64,000 nucleotides of DNA, taken from NCBI GenBank assembly GCA_035193785.1, contig CP136572.1, positions 4,052,578-4,116,577 of the forward strand. Direction: 5' to 3'. Positions 57,014-64,000 of this stretch are shown here, one piece after another. The position numbers and the translations under genes were made by a program. The notes beneath the pieces are model-generated. The model was not told the origin of the DNA. It saw nothing but the letters and a program-made list of their open reading frames with translations, and made no database searches. Source of the DNA: Planktothrix sp. GU0601_MAG3. GTDB lineage: Bacteria > Cyanobacteriota > Cyanobacteriia > Cyanobacteriales > Microcoleaceae. How positions within the stretch are numbered: the first letter of the stretch is position 1; each line of letters starts with the position of its first letter.

Positions 57014-59553
57014 ATGACCGAATCGTTAATTCCAATTAATGAATGTCCCATCCAAATCGAGGATGATCGGACTGGAACCAGCGTGGAAACCCTGAAACGG
57101 GCATTTGCCGATAATCTATTCTATGAGCTTGGCAAGTATGAAGCCATTGCCTCCAAGGAAGATTTTTATATGGCCTTGGCCTATACCCTGCGCGATCGCC
57201 TGTTAAGCCGTTGGTTAAAAACCTTTAAAACCTACGATGACAATAACGTCAAAATTGTTTACTACCTGTCGGCCGAATTCCTGATGGGCCGACACCTGGG
57301 GAACAGTTTAATTAACCTACACCTGTATGATCGCATCCGTCAGGCCGTGGAAGAATCGGGACTGGATTTAGATGAACTCCTCGAACAAGAAACCCGATCC
57401 CGGCTTAGGAAATGGGGGTTTAGGACGGTTAGCCGCCTGTTTCCTCGACTCCCTGGCGACCTTGGAAATTCCCGCCGTCGGCTATGGAATTCGTTATGAA
57501 TTTGGGATTTTTCACCAAATCATGCAAGATGGCTGGCAGGCTGAAATCCCCGATAAATGGTTAAGATTTGGTAACCCCTGGGAAATTCCCCGCCCTGACC
57601 AGGCCATTGATGTTAACTTTGGGGGCCATACCGAAGTCTATCACGACGAAAAAGGCCGGGAACGCATTCGCTGGATTCCGTCCAAAACCGTGATCGGGAT
57701 TCCCTACGATACGCCCGTTCCCGGCTATGATACCAACACCGTCAACCCCCTGCGACTGTGGAAAGCTGAAGCCAGTGATGCCTTTAACTTTGACGCCTTC
57801 AACGCCGGGAATTATGATGGGGCGGTGGCCGATAAAATGCGATCGGAAACTATCTCTAAAGTTCTCTATCCCAATGACAATACCCCCCAGGGTAAACAAT
57901 TGCGCTTAGAACAACAATATTTCTTTGTCGCCTGTTCTCTGCGGGATATTATCAAACGCCATCTCAAACACAACACCAGTCTTTATAACCTGAATGAAAC
58001 CGCCGCCATTCAGTTAAATGACACCCACCCGGCCATTGCGATCGCGGAATTGATGCGATTATTGTTAGATGAATATGGCATTGATTGGGATTCCGCTTGG
58101 CGCGTCACCCAAAAAACCTTTGCCTACACCAACCATACTCTGTTACCCGAAGCCCTGGAAAAATGGTCTGTGGGTTTATTTGAGTATTTGTTACCCCGTC
58201 ATCTGCAAGTCATCTATGAAATTAACCGTCGTTTCCTTGAAGATGTGCAGCGTTGGTATCCCAATGATGACGACTTAATCAGACGACTATCTTTAATTGA
58301 AGATGGTCAGGAAAAATTCGTGCGGATGGCCCATTTAGCCTGCGTCGGTAGTCATGCGGTGAATGGTGTGGCGGCCCTGCATACGGAGTTATTGAAACAA
58401 GATACCCTGCGGGACTTCTATAAACTCTGGCCCGAGAAGTTTTTCAATAAAACCAATGGTGTCACCCCTCGACGGTGGATTTTATTAAGTAATCCCACCT
58501 TGTCGGAGTTTTATAGTTCTAAAATTGGGGACGGTTGGCTGAAGGATTTAGACAAACTGCGTCAATTAGAAACCTACGTTGATGATCCCGAATTCTGCGA
58601 ACAGTGGCATCAAATTAAACTGTACAACAAGAAACTGTTAGCCGATCATATCTGGAAATTTAATGGGATTGAAGTTGACCCCCATTCTATTTTTGATATT
58701 CAGGTGAAACGGATTCACGAATACAAACGCCAACATCTGGATGTCCTGCATATTATCACCCTCTATAACCGGATCAAACAAAACCCCAATACCCATATTT
58801 GTCCCCGGACTTTTATCTTTGGAGGAAAGGCAGCCCCCGGTTATTTCATGGCAAAATTAATCATTAAATTGATTAATGCCGTTGCGGAAGTGGTGAATAA
58901 AGATCCCGATGTCCGGGGCCGTTTGAAAGTGGTATTCTTGGCTAACTTTAACGCTTCCTTGGGTCAACGCATCTATCCAGCGGCGGATTTATCCGAACAA
59001 ATTTCTACGGCTGGAAAAGAAGCCTCTGGAACCGGAAACATGAAATTTGCCATGAATGGTTTCCCTAACTATTGGAACTCTGGATGGGGCAAATATTGAA
59101 ATCCGTGAAGAAGCCGGGTTTGAGAATTTCTTCCTGTTTGGATTAACCGCCGAAGAGGTTTATAAATTAAGATCTAAGGGCTATAAACCCATGGATTACT
59201 ACAATCACAATGCTGAATTAAAAGCCGTGATAGATCGAATTTCTTCCGGCTATTTCTCCCGTGGTGATCAGGAAATGTTTAAACCCTTGGTGGATTCTTT
59301 AATGTACCACGATGAATATATGCTTTTCGCCGATTATCAATCCTATATTGATTGTCAACGAGAAGTTAGCGTGGCATTTCAAGATTCCAAAAAATGGACG
59401 AGAATGTCGATTCTCAATGCCCTGCGGATGGGTAAATTCTCCAGCGATCGCACCATCAGCGAATATTGTAATGAAATCTGGAAGGTTAAATCTGTCCCCG
59501 TAGAAATGGGTGGATATAACCCAGAAGCCGCCGGATTACGAGTTATCAATTAA
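57014..59553 (+). CDS. glgP: Glycogen phosphorylase; +1 insertions at ~57389 and ~59059
   Basis: [54 protein letters not shown]. Confidence 0.98.
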
Positions 59554-59565
59554 TTCTGAATTTGG

Positions 59566-59638
59566 TTGACCGTTGACCGTTGACCGTTGACCATTGACGG
59601 TTGACGGTTGACTATTCGTAATTCGTAATTCGTAATTC
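59566..59638 (+). repeat. STRR heptamer tracts (TTGACCG/TTGACGG then ATTCGTA)
   Basis: Tandem heptamers between glgP and the SLH gene. Confidence 0.8.
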
Positions 59639-59656
59639 CCTGATTAGGACTAATCC

Positions 59657-60740
59657 ATGTCACAATCCTATCCCCCCAATCCCCGGTCTAATCTTCCCCT
59701 AGATGAGATCATCGCCATTATTGTTGCCCTGGCCACAATAGGGACAATTTTATATTGGGTTTTAAGTCAACCCAACCGAAAATTAGTTCTCAACCCCGAT
59801 TTAACCTCCCCCATAACCCTTACCCCTTCAACCAATCCCAGCGTCGCTAAAATCCCAGAGGATTCCCTTCCCGATGGGGTTTCCCCTACGTCCGAAACTC
59901 CCACCCCAGGAATAACAACCCCCAGTTCACCGACACCAAAGGTGAAACAATCTCAATCGGCTATTTTGGGATTAGCCTTTTTAATCCCAGCACAGAAACC
60001 GATTCAGCCTTCCCTCGAATCCCAAGTTATCCCAGTTCTTCCTTCGTCCGAAAATACAACTCCAACAAAAACTAAAACCGCTTGTTCGGTTTCGACCCAC
60101 GACGGGAAATATTTGTACCGCCCCTTTACCTTCTGCGCCCGTCCCATCTTCCACAACGACCGAATCCCATTGGGCTACTCCATTTATCCTGTATTTTGCT
60201 AATCAAAATGGGGCCGTTAGATCGGATCAAAAACAGTTTAAACCCGATGAAAAAATTACCCGGGAACAATTTGCCACCGAACTACAAAAAGCGTTTAATT
60301 CTAAATCTGAAAAACCCGCTATTCAATTTAAAGATATTCCCCAAAACTCAGCAACTAAATCCGCTCTGAAATCCGCTAATCAATCGGGTTTTCTGGCGGG
60401 ATATCCCCAGGATATATTCCAACCCCAACAGTCAATTCCTCGGGTTCAAGTTATAGTATCTTTAGCCAGTGGGTTAGGCTTAAAACCTGCGACTAATTCC
60501 CAAGAAACCCTAAAAATATTTCAGGATGCAGATCAAATTCCTCCTTGGGCAATTGAAGGAGTAGCGGCGGCAACAGCAGCCGGATTAGTGGTTAATTATC
60601 CTGATAAAAATACTCTAAATCCCAACCAATCAGCAACTTATGGGGAAGTAACCTCGATGATTTACCAAGGATTAGTCTATCAAAAAAAAGCAAAACCGAT
60701 TGCCTCTGACTATTTAGTTAAACCCGTTCAAAAAAAATAG
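59657..60740 (+). CDS. Membrane-anchored S-layer homology (SLH) domain protein; +1 insertion at ~60089
   Basis: N-terminal TM helix and Pro/Thr linker. The corrected frame gives HWATPFI, FKPDEKITREQF, GFLAGYPQDIFQP, FQDADQIPPWA, GLVVNYP, ending at TAG 60738-60740. Confidence 0.85.
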
Positions 60741-60744
60741 TTAT

Positions 60745-60994
60745 AGGAACAGGGAACAGGGAATAGGGAATAGGGAATAGGGAATAGGGAATAGGGAATA
60801 GGGAATAGGGAATAGGGAACAGGCTGCGTCGTGAGCCTGTCGAACGAGAATAGGGAATAGGGTTTGTAATTAATTTTGTTTAGGTACTTAACTAATAACT
60901 GCTAAATAATAACTGCTAACTAATAACTGCTAACTAATAACTAATAACTAATAACTGATGACTGATGACTGATGACTGATGACTGATGACTGAT
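60745..60994. repeat. Composite STRR/MITE-end repeat: (GGGAATA)n - TAATTAATTTTGTTTAGGTACTTA - (ACTAATA/ACTGCTA)n - (CTGATGA)n
   Basis: Read directly; an inverted copy lies at ~62845-62975. Confidence 0.85.
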
Positions 60995-61441
60995 TTAGGT
61001 TTCACATTCCTTTTTTGTAACTTGATGACGATAACGAAACATATCTTGTAAACGACTATTAACCCAATTTCCTAATAGTTGTTCGACTAATATTCCACCG
61101 GGTAGGGAAAATGCGATCGCATCCGTTAGACGGGTATGACCATTTTCAGCCACAAATTGATGTCGATGTACCCAACTTTCCACCAGTCCTTTCTGTTGTT
61201 CATCGGTAAATAACTGATATGGTTTATATTCAGTATGAACCGCAACCCATGGCACTGAAATTAATCCTAATCCTATCCTAAATTCAGAAATTGCTCCTAT
61301 TTCTAATCCTCCTTCCCGTCGTAGGATTTCTACAGGTTGCCAAGGAGGAGTTAACACTTGCAAAATATCGGGGCGGGTATGAAACTCCCAAACGACTTCT
61401 ACAGGAGCATAAATAATTGAAGAATATTTAAAGTGTTGCAT
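60995..61441 (-). CDS. SRPBCC (START/polyketide cyclase-like) family protein
   Basis: APVEVVWEFH, LTPPW, FTDEQ..G...W.HRHQF, MFRYRH. Confidence 0.9.
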   Translation of the reverse strand: MQHFKYSSIIYAPVEVVWEFHTRPDILQVLTPPWQPVEILRREGGLEIGAISEFRIGLGLISVPWVAVHTEYKPYQLFTDEQQKGLVESWVHRHQFVAENGHTRLTDAIAFSLPGGILVEQLLGNWVNSRLQDMFRYRHQVTKKECET

Positions 61442-61580
61442 AACGTTATAAAATCAAGATTAGAGCAACAGACTATCATTTATCAGTATAAGAGTCAATC
61501 GTTCACTATTAATCAATTAACTCAAAAATTCTTGGCATAAAAACTCAAAGAATCTTACCCCTTACCCTTGCAAAAAAAGT

Positions 61581-62865
61581 ATGGAAAACTTAAAGATTGA
61601 TCTTTCACAACAGGAAACCAGAAGCATTATTAAATAATATTTTAACTCAGTTAGAACAGGGAGATTTTCAACAACGATGGGAAGTTAGTAAGATTTTACC
61701 CGGTTTAGGAACCCTTGCCCTAGAGCCACTGCTTAATATTTTACAAGATGAAACAGCCGATGCAGAAATGCGTTGGTTTGTGGCTCGAATTTTGGGGAAT
61801 TTTAAATCAGAATTAATTATTGAACCCTTAATTAATCTACTTAAAAATGCTAAAATTGAAGCAACAGAAGCAGAAATATCCCTGCACGAAATAACTACAG
61901 CTACCTTAGCAGGTTTTGGAATTTCGGCGATCGCTCCTTTAACTCAATTATTAGAAAAACCCGATTCTAAATTATTAGCAACCCAAGCTCTAGCTCAAAT
62001 TCGCCATTCACAAATCATTCCCCCCTTATTAACCGTTGTTGATGATCAAAATTCTCAAATTCGAGCGATAGCAATTGAGGCATTAGGGAGTTTTCCTGAT
62101 CCTAGAGTTATCCCGATTTTATTAGAGGCTTTAACTGATCCCGTTGCTGATGTGAGAAAACAAGCCGTAATTGGATTAGGAGTAAGATTAGATTTATTAG
62201 AAAATATCAATTTAGTCGAAAAACTAAAACCCCTATTATGGGATATTCGACCGGAAGTTTGTCAACAAACTCAACTCGCCTTAGCCCGTTTAAAAACCGA
62301 TGAAGCGGCTACTGCCCTGTTTGAACAGGTACAATCCCAAAGTGTTCCCCTTACCCTAAAAATAGATGGGGTGCGTGCCTTGGGATGGATAGAAACCGCT
62401 AAAAGTTTAGATTATTTACAGAAAGTTATCTTGACTTTTGATCCTCAATTCAATCTAAATTTAAGCCCAATAACCATAGAAGAAATTACCTTAATTCAAG
62501 AAACTGTTCAGTCTATAGGACGAATTGAAACCCAGGAATTGCGGGAACAAGCCACTCAAATTTTAATCAATTTGATTAATAGTAATCATCCCGCCGTTTC
62601 CGAACCCAAAACAAAACAATTGATTGCATTAGGATTAGGAAAACTAGGATTAATAGAGGCAATCAATCCCTTAATCAACCTTTTAGTTGATCCTAATCCC
62701 TCAGTCAGATTCCATTGTATTTCAGCCTTAAAACAAATTGAACCAGAACAAATCTATCAACATTTACAAAATTTATCCGATCAAAAGAATATCAATTCTG
62801 ATATTAAGCAAGCCATTCTAATCGTTTTATCAGAAATCAGAAATCAGTCATCAGTCATCAGTTAG
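61581..62865 (+). CDS. nirB: HEAT-repeat (PBS lyase-like) protein, probably NirB; +1 insertion at ~61614
   Basis: GDFQQRWEV.K motif and tandem HEAT repeats. Lies directly upstream of the ntcB-like gene, as in known cyanobacterial nirB-ntcB clusters. Confidence 0.65.
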
Positions 62866-62876
62866 CAGTTATTAGT

Positions 62877-63023
62877 TAAGTACCTAAACAAAATTAATTA
62901 TAAACCCTATTCCCTATTCCCTATTCCCTATTCCCTATTCCCTATTCCCTATTCCCTGTTCCCTGTTCCCTATTCCCTGTGTTCCCTCTCTCAACTAGGT
63001 AATTTATTTTGTGCAACTACTTA
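62877..63023. mobile_element. MITE-like element with imperfect 24-bp terminal inverted repeats enclosing (CCCTATT)n
   Basis: Left end TAAGTACCTAAACAAAATTAATTA versus right end reverse-complemented TAAGTAGTTGCACAAAATAAATTA (19/24 match). Confidence 0.6.
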
Positions 63024-63137
63024 TCTATACAATGATTAATGATAAATGTTTGTCCATAACTTTTTACTGTCCACTGTTTACAGTTTACTGTTTACTAATA
63101 ACTGTTTACTGATAACTGATAACTGATAACTGTTTTT

Positions 63138-64000
63138 ATGCGTTTAGAGCAACTGCAATCTTTCCTGTCCGTTGCTGAGACCGGAAGTTTTCAACAAGCA
63201 GCAAGGAAATCAGGTCTAACTCAATCAACAATTAGTAGACAGGTACAAGGACTAGAAGAAGAACTCGGTTTACCCTTGTTTCACCGCACGACTCAGGTTA
63301 AATTAACCATAGGGGGCGAACGCTTTTGGCCCTATGCTCGGAAAATTTGCCAAAGCTGGGATAGTGCGAAAGAAGAAACTCGCATCTTTGTTGATGGGGA
63401 AACAGCCCGAACTTTGTGTAGCGGTAATTCATTCGGTTTGTTCCTCCTATTTACCTCCGGTTTTACAGAAGTTTTGTTATGCTTATCCAGAAGTTCAATT
63501 AAGGGTAACATCTTTAGGAAGTGATCGGGCTTTAAAAGTTCTGAAAGATGGATTAGTAGATATTGCCATTATTATGAATAATCGTTCTTTTCCCGTCGGT
63601 AGAGAAATTTTAGTTGATGTTCTGTATCAAGAATCCATTCAAGTATTAATGGCAAGTAACCATCCCTTAACTCAATATTCTAAAATTCCCTGGGATGAAT
63701 TAATTCGTTATCCCCAAGTTGTGTTTAAAGATGGTTATGGAATGCAGCGTTTAGTTCAAGAAAACTTTACTAAAGCCGGGGCAAAACTCAATGCTGTTTT
63801 AGAATTAAATACATTAGATGGATTTCGTGGGATTATTCGTCAAGGAGAACTAATTGCGTTATTACCCTATTCCGCCCTAGTAGAAGCCAAAACCGATCCA
63901 ACGTTAGCAGTGAGAGAATTAGTTCCCCCTTGCAAATCTTCGGCTTCATCGGAGTTAATGTCTGAAGATACGGACACAAATTGGACTCGTGAAGTGGTAA
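63138..64000 (+). CDS. ntcB: LysR-type nitrate assimilation regulator NtcB, 3'-truncated by the window; +1 insertion at ~63375
   Basis: MRLEQLQ.FL..AETGSFQQAARK...TQSTISRQ; corrected GKQPELCVAVIHS...QLRVTSLGSDRALKVLKDG. Confidence 0.8.

Noticed and set aside
61442..61580. NtcA box upstream of nirB-ntcB
   Set aside because: No GTA-N8-TAC found by eye in the intergenic region.
60745..63135. CRISPR array
   Set aside because: These are tandem heptamers (STRR) without unique spacers, and there are no cas genes.

Overview
Chromosomal window from a filamentous cyanobacterium. Frequent HIP1 GCGATCGC sites, heptameric STRR repeats and the gene content fit an Oscillatoriales/Planktothrix-like organism (inference). 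Most of it is housekeeping: topA, thioredoxin, asnS, riboflavin synthase, apt, rnr/zam, uvrA, mrdA, tRNA-Phe, aroK, tex, glgP, and probable nirB-ntcB. The most striking signal is that all 33 frameshifts I could locate, many in core genes, are one extra base turning GAAC into GAAAC (or GTTC into GTTTC). GAAC/GTTC is a known Dnd phosphorothioation motif, and the window also encodes a phosphorothioation-associated methyltransferase-family protein. The errors may therefore be a long-read basecalling footprint of a DNA modification; this is inferred, not shown. Accessory systems: (i) an AT-rich, partly duplicated cassette of a TRAFAC-like GTPase plus an unknown-domain/WD40 protein (52.3-56.7 kb); (ii) a SiaBCD-like partner-switch/diguanylate cyclase module behind an adenylate cyclase sensor (19.6-24.5 kb); (iii) a HigBA-like toxin-antitoxin pair and a scrambled HicAB remnant; (iv) a 55-bp inverted repeat bracketing the SRPBCC-nirB gene pair; (v) MITEs and GTAG-type REP elements. 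Split genes are reported as single CDSs with the frameshift position noted.
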